From: Felis catus
Taxonomy: Eukaryota
Length of the DNA: 64,000 bases
NCBI RefSeq assembly: GCF_018350175.1
Contig: NC_058368.1
Coordinates: 87,794,001-87,858,000 of the forward strand
Direction: 5' to 3'
This document shows positions 1-11,460 of the stretch, piece after piece (within the stretch, counting starts at the first letter, position 1; the number at the start of each line of letters is the position of its first letter). The translations under genes were made by a program, and so were the position numbers. Below the pieces are notes generated by a model, which was given only the letters and a program-made list of their open reading frames with translations, was not told the origin of the DNA and ran no database searches.

Positions 1-100
1 TGATCTCCAGAGTCCTGTAATCACTGGGGGGTCCTCTATAATTTCCAGACCTCTGGTCGACCCAAGTGAGCACAGGGTAGAAACAAAGGAGACATATTTC

Positions 101-313
101 TTTTTTTTTTTTTTTTATGTTTATTTTTGAGAGAGAGAGACACACACCCTGAATGCAGGAGGAGCAGAGAGAGAGGGAGACACAGAACCAAAGCAGGCCC
201 CAGGCTCTGAGTTGTCAGCACAGAGCTCCATGTGGGGCCCGAAACCACAAACCTTGAGATCATGACCTTAGCCACAGTCAAACGTTTAACTGACTGAGCC
301 ACCCAGGCATCCC
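101..313 (-). mobile_element. CAN-SINE (tRNA-derived carnivore SINE); representative of roughly 35-40 copies across the window
   Basis: GGG..CCTGGGTGGCTCAG head, (CT)n region, A-rich tail, TSD caaaggagacata on both sides. Other copies at approx 497-695, 1128-1360, 2123-2316, 2915-3123, 3783-4015, 7335-7535, 8220-8520, 10165-10985 (x3), 11647-11860, 12630-12838, 14650-15240 (x3), 17762-17955, 19662-19890, 22105-22303, 23848-24350 (x2), 24965-25160, 42665-42870, 43347-43560, 45680-45940, 46815-47005, 48110-48351, 50467-51680 (x3), 56150-56350, 59132-59880 (x3), 63398-63588. Confidence 0.92.
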
Positions 314-1059
314 AAAGGAGACATAGTTCTATGCCCACAGTTCTGGAGGCCATGTCCGCATGTGCATGACCACTGATTCAAGGGAAAAGACATGTTCGTC
401 ATTACCAGGAGACCACTGCCACTTTGCCATTGTTTTCCTGCCACCCATGCAGTTTTCCCTGACACAAAACCACCAACAATGACAAGAACTGTCCTTGGGG
501 CACTCCAGCAATTAAGCATCTGACTCTGGCTTCCTGCTCAAGGCATGATCTCAAGGTTCATGAGGTGGGGCCCTGAGTTAGGCTCTGTGCTGACAGGGCG
601 GAGCCTGCTTGGGATTTTCTCTCTCTCCCTCTCTCTGTCCCTCCCTCAGTCGACTGTCTGTCTCTCTCAAATAAATAAACTTAAAAAAAAAAAAAGAACC
701 TTCCTTTCTTCCACATGACTTTTTATGTGGCCTTTCGCATGTACATTGTGTCCTCAGATTCGCTCCATTTAGCAATACAGATTCAAGAAAAGTCATCAAT
801 GTGCTGTTTACTTAGTTTCCGATCATGACAGCAGGTGGGTCTACCCTGTGCTAAATCTCTCTGTGCTGCTTTGAGTTCAGCGAATGTTCCCCCATGTGTA
901 ACCTTTCCCCCCACCCCTGCCTCACTCCCAGGAGTCAGCCACCCTGCTCCGCTGACCTGGGGTGTGGCCACAGGTGGCAGGCCCAAAAAACCGCCCCTCA
1001 GCCAAATATTCTCTTTATCAAGAATCCACGATTATTACCCTGTGTGGGAGAAGGGAGGA

Positions 1060-1640
1060 AATCAATGATCTCCAGAGGAGGGGCTTTCCCTAGATTATCC
1101 TGGGCCTCAATGTAGTCACATGTCTCCCTTCTTCTTCTTCTTCTTCTTCTTCTTCTTCTTCTTCTTCTTCTTTAGTTTATTTTTTGAGAGAGAGAGCAGG
1201 GAATGGGGCAGAGAGAGGGAGAGAGAGAATCCCAAGCACGCTCCTCACTGTCAGCACAGAGCCCGATGCGGGGCTCTCGAACTCATGAACCATGAGATCA
1301 TGACCTGAGCCAAAATCAAGAGTCGGATGCTCAACCGACTGAGCCACGCAGGCACCTCCCAACATGTCTCCTGGTAGGAGAAAGGCAGAGGGAGTGTGGA
1401 CACACACAAGCGGAAAGGTGAACATGGAGGCAGAGATTGGGATCATGTGGGCACAAGCCAAGAGAGCCCCGAGGAGCTGGAAGAGACAGGAAGGGCTCAC
1501 CCCTAGAGCCTCCAGAGGGAGCGTGGCTCTGTGACACCTTGATGTTGGACTTCTGGCCCCCAAGCCCAGGAGGGTAGGGGAGCCCCTGTTGTAAGACCCC
1601 CAGGTTGTGGTAGTTCCTTAGGGCAGCTCCAGGAAGCTGA
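1060..1640 (+). mobile_element. MaLR LTR (MLT1-like) interrupted by a SINE
   Basis: Motifs GATTATCC..GGGCC, GGAGGCAGAGATTGG, CTAGAGCCTCCAGAGGGAGCGTGGCTCTG..ACACCTTGAT. Related pieces at ~2385-2575, 5600-6050, 18590-18830, 19950-20090, 22380-22700, 30880-31230, 39500-39780, 51115-51450, 57050-57410. Confidence 0.7.
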
Positions 1641-2347
1641 CCCACCACGGGTTCCCCCTGGCTGATGGCAGGTGGGGCGGGGGGGGGGGGGGAGGAGGAC
1701 CAGAAGCTCCCTTTCTGGAGCAAGGGCTTCTGGTGCAGCGACCCAGGTGCTCCTGTCCTGCACCAGAGACCCACACGCCCCAGAGAAGAGTGCTCCCCGA
1801 TGCCAGACAGGGAACATGTGAGTCAGGATATTAATAATAATAACAAGATCAGAAAAGATCTTGGCTTATTTACTAGTAGGGGTGAAAGACAAAAGAGCAT
1901 TGATTCTAGGTTTTATAATCCAGGATTCTCAAGAGACACAGAAGCTATAGTATATATACAGACAGATCTATTTTAAGGAATTGGCTCACGTAATTGTGAT
2001 AGTGGTGACTCTGAAATCCATGGGGCAGGCTGGGGACCCAGGAAAGAGTTGACAATATAGGTCTGCCTAAAGGAAATCTGAGGTCACTAAGGTGAGTCCA
2101 AATCCAGTATGCCTGGTGCCTTTGTTTTATTTGTTTTGAGAGAGAAATTGAGCAGGAAAGGGGCAGGGAGAGAGGGAGAGAGAGAGAGAATCCCAAGGAG
2201 GCCCTGCACCGTCAGCACAGAGCCTGAAGCATGGCTTGAACCCACAAACTGGGAGATCATGAGCTGAGCTGAAATCTAGAGTTGGATGCTTAACTGACTG
2301 AGCCACCCAGGAGCCCCATGACTGGTGCCCTTTTGAAAAGAGATTAA

Positions 2348-2385
<38 letters not shown>
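2348..2385. repeat. (CA)n microsatellite
   Basis: Perfect AC run. Confidence 0.95.
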
Positions 2386-2389
<4 letters not shown>

Positions 2390-3206
2390 GGGATGACCTT
2401 GTGAGGACACAGGGAGAAACAGCCATCTATACGCCAGGGAGAGGAGGCCTGGGAAGGGACCAGCCCCACCCCCGCCTGGATCCCAGACTCCCTGCCTCCA
2501 GGCCTGGGAGACAATACATGTGTGTTGTTCACGCTGCCCAGGCTGGGGTATCTGTTATGTCAGCCTTAGCAAATCAATACACAGGGACTCTGGCTCAATG
2601 CTCAGCTCATGCTCATGGTTTTATAAGACTGCTTTGCTACTGCACACAGTCGCATGGTCGACACCAAATGAACAACGCTTTTTTAAAATTTTAAAGAGAA
2701 AGGAAAAGAGTTCTATTTGAGCCCAAATTGGGACAGCTGCCTAGATACACAATCTTCACAAGGAAGAGAGTGGTCCATGGAAGGGACATTTGGTACAGGG
2801 TTATATATGCTTTTTTACATGAAGAATCATAAGTCATCATGGTGAAGCACACTCCAGAAAGTCACAGATTTTATCTTATATTTTTAGTATGTGCAAGGCT
2901 GTGTGACTTTAACCTTTTTTAAAAAGTGTTTATTTATTTTTGAGAGAGAGAGACAGAGAGACAGAGCATGAGTGGGGAGGAGCAGAGAGAGAGAGAGAGG
3001 GAGACACAGAATCCAAAGTAGTTGTCAGCATAGAGCCGGCCTCAGGACTTGAACCCAGGAGCCATGAGATCATGACCTCAGCCGAGGTCAGACACTTAAC
3101 CAACTAAGCCACCCAGGTGCTCCTGTATGACTTTAATTTTAAAAACCAGGGAGGTTTTTGTTTTTCTTATCTTTGTGTTTGGAGTGTTCCTTTTTGTTGT
3201 GTTTTG

Positions 3207-3239
<33 letters not shown>

Positions 3240-3753
3240 CAAAGCAGACATACAGAAATAGACACCACACTTTGAGGTTTTGCCGAATCATTATGGCTAT
3301 GGTAAATGTTAAAGTATAGCTTCCCTGGGACCCCAGGATTGGGGCCCACAAACATTAAAAGTTGAAACAGTTCTTCATCAATGCTTATAAGCTCTGTGTA
3401 GGATACTGTTGAGAAGTTTTATTACTGCTTATCATCTGGAAGACAGGATCTTCCTGTGTCATCAGGATGATGAGTGTGATTAATTATATCCCTGAAATAT
3501 CATACAAAATTCTTTCAGTCAACTGGGATGGCATAGGAACTCAGGGAAATATTTATGCATGAAATTATACAATATTTTGGATTTTATTTTTCAAAAGAAT
3601 CTGAGCAAGAGAAGGAAAGACGTATAAAGTCAAAATTGGTCTTCAGCTGATAATTGTTGAAATCTAGTCCACCTGACTATTTTGTCTACCTTTGTATGTG
3701 TTTGAAATTTTCCAGTTTTATAAAGAAAAAAAAAACAGTTATTTAACACATTA

Positions 3754-4343
3754 TAGTTGACCCTTAAACAACACAGGTTTATGGGGTGCCTGGGTGGCTC
3801 AGTAGGTTAAGGCATCCGACTTTGGCTCAGGTCATGATCTCGCAGTCCGTGAGTTGGAGCCCTGCGTCAGGTTCTGTGCTGACAGCTCAGAGCCTGGAAC
3901 CTGCTTCAGATTCTGTGTCTCCCTCTCTCTCTGCCCCTCTCTGCTCATGCTCTGTCTCTCTCTCAAAAATAAACAAACAATAAAAAAATAAATAAATAAA
4001 TAAAAATAAATTAAAAACAACACAGGTTTAAACTGTGCAGGTCCACTGATACATAGATTTGTTTTTTAATATAAACACAATACAATACTATAAATGTTTT
4101 TTCTCTTTCTTATGATTTTATTAATAACATTTTCTTTTCTCTAGCTTTATTGTACAAATACTGTATATAATACATATAACATAGAAAATGCATGTTAATT
4201 GACTGTTAATGTTTTTGGTAAGGATTCCCATCAACAGCAGGCTGTTTAGTAGTTAGGTTTTGGGGGAGTCAAAAGTTATACATTAATTTTCAACTGCTTA
4301 GGGGATCAGCACCCTAAACCCTGCCTTGTTCAAGGGCCAAGTG
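3754..4343. mobile_element. Tigger2-like (TcMar) non-autonomous DNA transposon with nested SINE
   Basis: Degenerate TIRs tagttgacccttaaacaa / ttgttcaagggccaagtg with TA on both flanks; internal SINE 3783-4015 has TSD aaacaacacaggttta. Confidence 0.8.
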
Positions 4344-4376
4344 TATTTTTGTTTTTCTTGAGTCTGAACCACAGAC

Positions 4377-4750
4377 TTTTTTTTTTACATTTTTTCCAAT
4401 ATATGAAATTTATTGTCAAATTGGTTTCCATACAATACCCAGTGCTCATCCCAAAAGGTGCCCTCCTCAATACCCATCACCCACCCTCCCCTCCCTCCCA
4501 CCCCCCATCAACCCTTAGTTTGTTCTCAGTTTTTAAGAGTCTCTTATGCTTTGGCTCTCTCCCACTCTAACCTTTTTTTTTTTTCCTTCCCCTCCCCCAT
4601 GGGTTTCTGTTAAGTTTCTCAGGATCCACATAAGAGTGAAACCATATGGTATCTGTCTTTCTCTGTATGGCTTATTTCACTTAGCATCACACTCTCCAGT
4701 TCCATCCACATTGCTACAAAGGGCCATATTTCATTCTTTCTCATTGCCAT
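4377..4750 (-). mobile_element. 5'-truncated felid L1 (3' UTR and polyA)
   Basis: T-tail then ttgtcaaattggtttccatacaatacccagtgctcatccc...; TSD tgaaccacaga. Confidence 0.85.
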
Positions 4751-4761
4751 TGAACCACAGA

Positions 4762-4987
4762 TTTTTTTTTTAATTTTTTTTTTCAACGTTTATTTATTTT
4801 TTGGGACAGAGAGAGACAGAGCATGAACGGGGGAGGGGCAGAGAGAGAGGGAGACACAGAATCGGAAACAGGCTCCAGGCTCTGAGCCATCAGCCCAGAG
4901 CCTGACGCGGGGCTCGAACTCACGGACCGCGAGATCGTGACCTGGCTGAAGTCGGACGCTTAACCGACTGCGCCACCCAGGCGCCCC
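4762..4987 (-). mobile_element. Young SINEC_Fc-type SINE
   Basis: CpG-intact head GGGGCGCCTGGGTGGCGCAGTCGGTTAAGCGTCCGACTTCAGCCAGGTCACG; perfect TSD tgaaccacagatttt. Confidence 0.92.
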
Positions 4988-6300
4988 TGAACCACAGATT
5001 TTTAAGGTCCCCTTATTTATCATGACCCTGATCATAAGGTCATAATGAAAACCATGGCCACACATGTGTTAAGCATACATCCTGGGAGGATGTAACTTTA
5101 TTACTGCCCTCATTTCTTTCCAGTGAGAGTAGACATATTCTGCTGTGAATACATTTTGTACCCATGTGTAACCCTAATGTCTGTTTGCTCCAACTTCCCA
5201 TGCATGCCCCCAGATTGTCCTATTCGTTCACTCAAGCAAGAAAAATATTCCCACCTTGCAAAAACTCAGACCTAACAGTGCCTTCTTTTCCACGTTAGGG
5301 CTCTCTGGCACACCTGAGTTTCATCAGGTCGTTTTTCTGAAAAAGAAAACGAAGTAAAAGGTGGCTTCCAGCTTTGTTATATCCCCTTTGATTGAGCCAT
5401 CTGTGAAGGTCCATGTGGAGATGTGAACCCTGCTTACACGTATGAGTCCACCTAGGGAAGAATGAGCTTTATTTTTACTACATAACCTCCCCGATTTGAA
5501 TAATAGACGACTAAGTAGGTCCCAAGGGAAAATCTGTTTATAGGTGTCTACAGTAGGCCGACTGCAGCCCCTACCCTCACCCGCCCCTGCAGGACCTGTC
5601 ACAGGGCTAAAGGGACTTTGCAGCTGTCATTAAGGCTACAGATTGAAGATAAGGGGGTCATCCTGGATGTCCCCCATATAATCACAGGCGCCTTAAAGGC
5701 AGAGAGGAAGAAAGACGCCGCACGGAAGTTGGACAGATTGGAAACAGGAGGGGGATGTGACCCGCCCCTGCTGGGGGCACCTGGGTCACCAGAGCGGGAC
5801 TGTGGGCAGGGTGTGGGCGAAAAGAGCCCACACGCAGTCAGCTAGGAAAGGAAGCCTGGGGGCGATAATCCAGAGCCCCAGGGAGGAAAGCAAGGTTGCG
5901 GACACCTTGATGTGAGCCCCTGAGCCTCCACAGAGGACCCGGTTGAGCCTCGACCTCCACTGGCAGAACCGCAAAAGAATAACTAGGCTTTGTTTTAAGC
6001 TGCTATTTTGGGAGGTAATTTGATACGGCAGCAATAGGAAACCAATATGAAATATTTTTATTTTTATTTATTTTTATAAAGTCTATTTTCAAAGTAGCTG
6101 GGAAGGTTTGAGTAACAGAGAGGGTCTTGGAATTTACCGCAGAAAAAAAGCAGCCCCCTTGCAGCTAGTGAGCCTGGGGATCTGGGCGTTTCCATCCTTC
6201 TAACACCAGCCACATCTCGCCGTCACTCCCTCCCAGAGCAGAAATGCGTTTCCAGTGCAGATGGCGCTGGTCCTAGAAAAGGTGGATGGCACCCCGGTAC

Positions 6301-6434
6301 TATTTATATGGATTATATGCAAATGAGGAATTGGGCAAACGCAACATGTGATTGGATCAAAGAACATTTTTAAATAGCCAGAGGCAGTGCGGCTGTCTGA
6401 TTGGATAAAATTGCTGGGGATGTCAGCCAGTCAG
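6301..6434 (-). promoter_or_regulatory. Orphan H2B/H2A-type divergent histone promoter cassette
   Basis: On the minus strand: ATATAAATA (6301-6309), extended octamer CTCATTTGCAT (ATGCAAATGAG on +, 6317-6327) and three CCAAT boxes (ATTGG at 6330, 6351, 6400). On the plus strand: decayed CCAGTCAG at 6427-6434. No histone ORF is visible on either side. Confidence 0.6.
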
Positions 6435-6754
6435 AACACAGATATCCCCAGAAGCCTTCCGAATACCGCTCCGGCCAGGCACTCCCAGGATGGGTTACTG
6501 GCATGAGTTGGAGACTTTCCCACCTGGGGAAATCTGTAAACATAACCCGTGATGTTGATGGTAAATTCACGATTCCTCATTGTCCTAAAACACGTAGCTC
6601 TCAAAGCCCAGCAAGACGTATAGGTGAAATCTATCATTCCTCGAGTATCAAAGAAGTCAGGGACTATATTCTGGAATATTAGAAAATGTAGAGAAAGAGG
6701 GTTTGGGAGTGTTTTTGTGGGTTTTTGTTTGTTTTTTTAATGCCTGGAAATCCT

Positions 6755-6927
6755 AGAGCAGTACAGAGTGTGGTCCTGAACCAGCATTGGGTCATTTGAG
6801 AACTTGTTAGGAATGCAAACTGGGGTTCAGCCCAGACCCACTGAGTCACAAAGGGGATGAGGCCCAGTCATCTGCTTTGGAAACCTTTTCAGGTGTTCAG
6901 ATGGATGTGAACCTTTGAGAGCCAGTT
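6755..6927. mobile_element. MER5A-like hAT-Charlie MITE relic
   Basis: agtgtggtcc...gaacttgttaggaatgcaaa...cccagacccactgagtca...tttgagagcca. Confidence 0.65.
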
Positions 6928-9270
6928 CCCCCACAGAAACAACTAAAACACAATTGAAAGGGCTCACTGGGAGATTCAGCGACACACAAAATTATCTTTC
7001 CTGTCTCCAAATGAGTCAGTAAAAAATCGAATGGGGAAAACTTTGCTCATTGTGGTAAATAAACAAGGGTAATCTTGGAAAAAGTAGAATTTATTTTCAT
7101 GAAAGTATAAACCTCATTGAGAGGTGGATAGAGGTTTAAATAAAACAGGGAGATCCCACTTCCTTGGCTACTAAATTTGAAAAAAAAAGATCTATTTTCC
7201 CTTAAATTGATCTATAAATTCAGGATTTTATTTGTTATTTGAAAAAAAAAATTGTAAAGATCTTGTACAAGGAAATAGAAAACAGGCAGGAAAAAACCCT
7301 TAAAAGTATAAGAATTTTCTTTCTTCCTTTTAAAAATGTTTTAATATTTATTTATTGTTGAGAGACACATAGAGTGTGAGTGGGGAGGGGCATAGACAGA
7401 GGGAGACACAAAATCTAAAGCAGGCTCCAGGCTGTCGGCACAGAGCCTGACGGACGCGGGGCTAGGACTCACAAACTCCAAGATCATGACCTCAGCCAGA
7501 GTCATACACTTACCCAACTGAGCCACCAGGGGCCCTCAGAAATTCTACCTTAAAATATTAGGTACAACACTAAAACAACAACAATGACAAATTTGAATTT
7601 CTTGGAGGAATCATAGAATCGTTCAGTATTGGAGAGAACGTAAGTCACCTCAGTTAGGTCTGAAGAGAAAAGAGATGCATATAAGAGATGCTTATATGCA
7701 TCTCTAATCTTTTATCATTTTTTGAAATTAATAATCTGTGAGTTAGGATCAGTGGAGGTCCAGCATCATGTTGCTGGTGAATTACTTTAGTGTGGCTGCC
7801 ATTAGGTCTGGAAACAAATCAGAGAAGCCCACTGTTGCCATTAGTATTTACCTTTATCCTGGAATGTCCACTGTCACTCAGTATTTGGCAAAGAAGAAAC
7901 TTTTAAAAGGTACCAGATATGCAGAAATGACAGAGTGCAGTTACACAATTACAAAACAAAAAACAAAAAAACAAAAACATAAACCCTGTGCCCATTCAGT
8001 AATCGATTACAAACAAGGAACAGGGAATGTAATAAGGACATCCATCCAGTAGAGCACAATAAATATATACATAAATATTAATATATTGTTGAAAAATTTT
8101 ACAGCTACAAATATCCTTGATGAAGTGTTTGCACATTGGGATGAAGAAAAGTGTGCAAGTTTGTAGATGAAATTCTACATTCTAATTCTACATTCTTCTG
8201 ATTCTAAGAAGCAGAAAGTGGGGCACCTGGCTGGGTAGGTTGGTGGAGTGTGCAACTCTTGATCTCCGGGCTGTGAGTTCAAGTCCCACATTGGATGTAG
8301 AAATTACATAAAAATAAAATCTTGGAGTGCCTGGGTGTCTCAGTCAGGTGAATTTCTGGCTCTTGACTTTGGCTCAGATCATTATCCCAGGGTTGTGAGA
8401 TCAAGCCCCACATTGGGCTCCATGCTCAGCGTGGAGCCTGCTTCTGATTTTCTCTCTCCTTCTGCCCTTCTCCCTTGCTCTCTCTCTCTTAATTAAAGAG
8501 GTAAAAATAAAATAAAATGTTTTAAAATATTCCCAGCTTCACCAAACTGCCAGAGGGGTTCATGAGGCCAAAAAAAGAAAAACAAAATTAAATTCTTGCT
8601 ATCTCTTCACACTAAACAGAAAAAGAAAACCTTCCGAAGAGGCCAAAGTTACAAAGCACGATTAGGAAATGTATTTAACCACATGGCAGAATTCTTTCTT
8701 ACTGTGGAGTCCATGGGGAATCACTGCAGTGGAGACAACCCCACACCGAGCCTCTTATGAAATGGGCTAAACGGGAAGAAGACCCTGTCCTGAGGACCCC
8801 ATTAGGGCTGGAGAAGAACCAGGCGCATTGCATGGTTTCGGAGCACTTTGGTGCCATCTGGATCCTTTGAATGCTGCGAGGTGGCTGATGGTGTGAGTGA
8901 CTGGGGCGAGCCCCATGCCCCTGGCACTGCATGGGGTTCTGGGCGACTCAAACTGAATGCTGTCTGTGCTTCAGGCCCAGAGAATGGGAAGGCAGGACCT
9001 GGACATGGTCAATGGGAGTTTCCTATAAAGGGGGCCAGAGAAATGGGGTACTAGCTGGGGTATCAGCAGGGTCCCTCCAACAACTGGGAACCCTAGCGTC
9101 CGCTGTAGCTGTCAGCTCTGGAGGGGCTTTCGCACACTGTTTACAGGACCACCTGCCCCTGCAAGAACCCCACTCTGCCTTTAGACTGAGCTCCTGAAAG
9201 TCCAGATGGTTCCCAGCTTGCTGTCACATGAGCAAGGGAGAATAGGGAGTTTTTATGCTGGAGAACGGCA

Positions 9271-9272
<2 letters not shown>

Positions 9273-9320
<48 letters not shown>

Positions 9321-9331
9321 GAGAGAGAGAG
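9273..9331. repeat. Compound (GT)n(GA)n microsatellite
   Basis: Visible directly. Confidence 0.95.
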
Positions 9332-10208
9332 ATGATGCACACGGTCAACCCTCTGTGACCTAAAATCCCCAAGGATCTACAACAAAGCACTACACACAAC
9401 CCCACATTTCCTTAGTTGTGTGTGCAAATTCCATGAGTGATGAGAGCAAGGGAAGAACATTCCAGGTTAGGGAGGGTTCCCCTCCAGCACTGGATGGTAG
9501 TCGGTGCTTGGTTGCCAAGCGCAATGGTCAAGAATGAATTCTTGAGACGTTTTATGGTGCAAAAAGATGCTGTTATCATAGCACAGGGACCAGACACATT
9601 GGGCAGAAAGAGTTGCCCTGGGATTGTGAGGAGTTACTGATAATATATATTTAAGTTTGTGGAGGGAGGCTGAGTAGAGATAATGCAAGTTTCTAAGGAA
9701 TTGCTGTACGCTAAGACTGACGTTTCCCGGACCTTGGAGGTCTGGCTGTTGTCAGGGTAAGTTTGGTTTTAGTCTCTACTAAAACATCAGCATGAAGGCA
9801 GCCATGAGTTACTTGAGGAAGGTCATGCTCCGCATGCCTCAGGGATTAATGAGTGGCCTGCAAGTTGTAGGGACACTTAACGTTAGCTACATCTCTCTTC
9901 CCTTTGTTCTCCCCATCAAAGTGATCAGCACCAAATGTATGCACAGACCTGATCTATAACAAAGTGTATGTGTCCTGGACAAGCCAGTATTTGGGAGGAA
10001 ATGCTTGCATCTGAAGCGCTCTTCAGAGAGACCAAATCTCTCAGGAAGTTTTTTTAGGGGATGTGTTTCCCTGGGCCTCAGTGCCTCTGAGGGAGTAGGA
10101 ACCACATGGAAGTCAGTTGCTGAGATCATGAAAACTTGCCAACTGAACCAACTGTGAAGAGGTTTTTGTTTTGTTTTGTTTTGTTTTTAAATTTGTTTAA
10201 TGTTTATT

Positions 10209-10252
<44 letters not shown>

Positions 10253-10436
10253 CATTGAGAGGGGGAGGGACAAAGAAGGAGACACAGAATTCGAAGCAGG
10301 CTCCTGGCTCCCGGCTCCAAGCTGTCAGCCCCACGTGGGGCCCAAACCCAGGAACTGTGAGATCATGCCCTGAGCTGAAGTCGGACGCTTAATCGACTGA
10401 GCCACCCAGGTGCCCCTAAAAAATAGGTTTAACATG

Positions 10437-11073
10437 TGATAAAGGAAACTCTCAACTTTTCTTTTTTTTTATTTTTTAAAGTTTATTTATTTTTGAGAGA
10501 GGGAGAGAGAGCACGGGCAGGCGATGGGCAGAGAGAGAGGGAGGTAGAGAGAGTCCCAAGCAGGCTTTGCGCTGTCAGAGCAGAGCCCGACACAGAACAT
10601 GACCCCATGAACCGTGAGATCATGACCTGAGCCAAAATCAAGAGTCAGACACTTAACTGATTGAGCCACCCAGGCACCCCAATTCTTGACTTTTCTGGTT
10701 TGTGGGATCTGCCTTCAGGCTCCCAGGGAAGCTATACTTTAGCTTTTACCAAGGTCAAAAAGACTTGGCAAGGGGTGCCTGGGTGCCTCAGTTGGTTGTG
10801 TCCGGCCCTTGATTTCCGCTCACATCATGATCTCAAGGTTCATGAGTTCGAGCCCCGTGTCAGGCTCTGTGTTGACAGCATGGAGCCTGCTTGGGATTCT
10901 CTCTTCTTCTCTCTCTGCCTCTCCCTTGCTCTCTCTCTCTCTCTCTCTCTCTTTCAAAAATAAATAAATAAGCATTAAAAAAAACTCAGCAGAACCTCAA
11001 AGCATGGGCTCTATTTCTGTATATCTGCTCCATTAAATATATATATATGTATATATATATACATACATATATA

Positions 11074-11118
<45 letters not shown>

Positions 11119-11460
11119 CGAAAAAGGAGCATTCCAAACATAAAGAAAAACAAAAACCTTCCCTGGTTCCCATAAGATTAAAGGCATACAGCCTTGCACA
11201 TACTACAAACATAAGATAAAGTCTATAACCTTCTGGAATGTTCTTCATTGTGATGACCTGTAACTCTTTATGTAAAAAATAAAGAATAATAATGATGATG
11301 ATGATACTAATGTAACCCTGCACCAAATGTTCCTTCCTTGGAACACGCTTTTCTTTGTGAGGATGGTGTATCCAGGCAGCTCATATAAAACTCTCCACTC
11401 TTCAAAATTTAAATAGGTGGGGGAAAATTTTTTTTAAAGGTTTGCTCAATTTGCGCTGAC
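10437..11460 (+). mobile_element. ERV-type solo LTR (SINE- and microsatellite-interrupted); related copy inverted at ~2660-3380
   Basis: TG...CA termini; colinear similarity with the reverse complement of 2660-3380 (e.g. cccagggaagctatacttta, cagccttgcacatacta). Confidence 0.6.
11037..11117. repeat. Compound (TA)n/(TG)n microsatellite
   Basis: Visible directly. Confidence 0.93.

Noticed and set aside
3783..3870. tRNA genes at SINE heads (A/B-box-like motifs)
   Set aside because: These are tRNA-derived CAN-SINE heads followed by (CT)n and A tails, not tRNAs.
6120..6240. H2B coding remnant downstream of the orphan promoter (agaaggatgg resembling K-D-G codons)
   Set aside because: The match is only ~10 nt with no extendable frame, so it cannot be told from chance.
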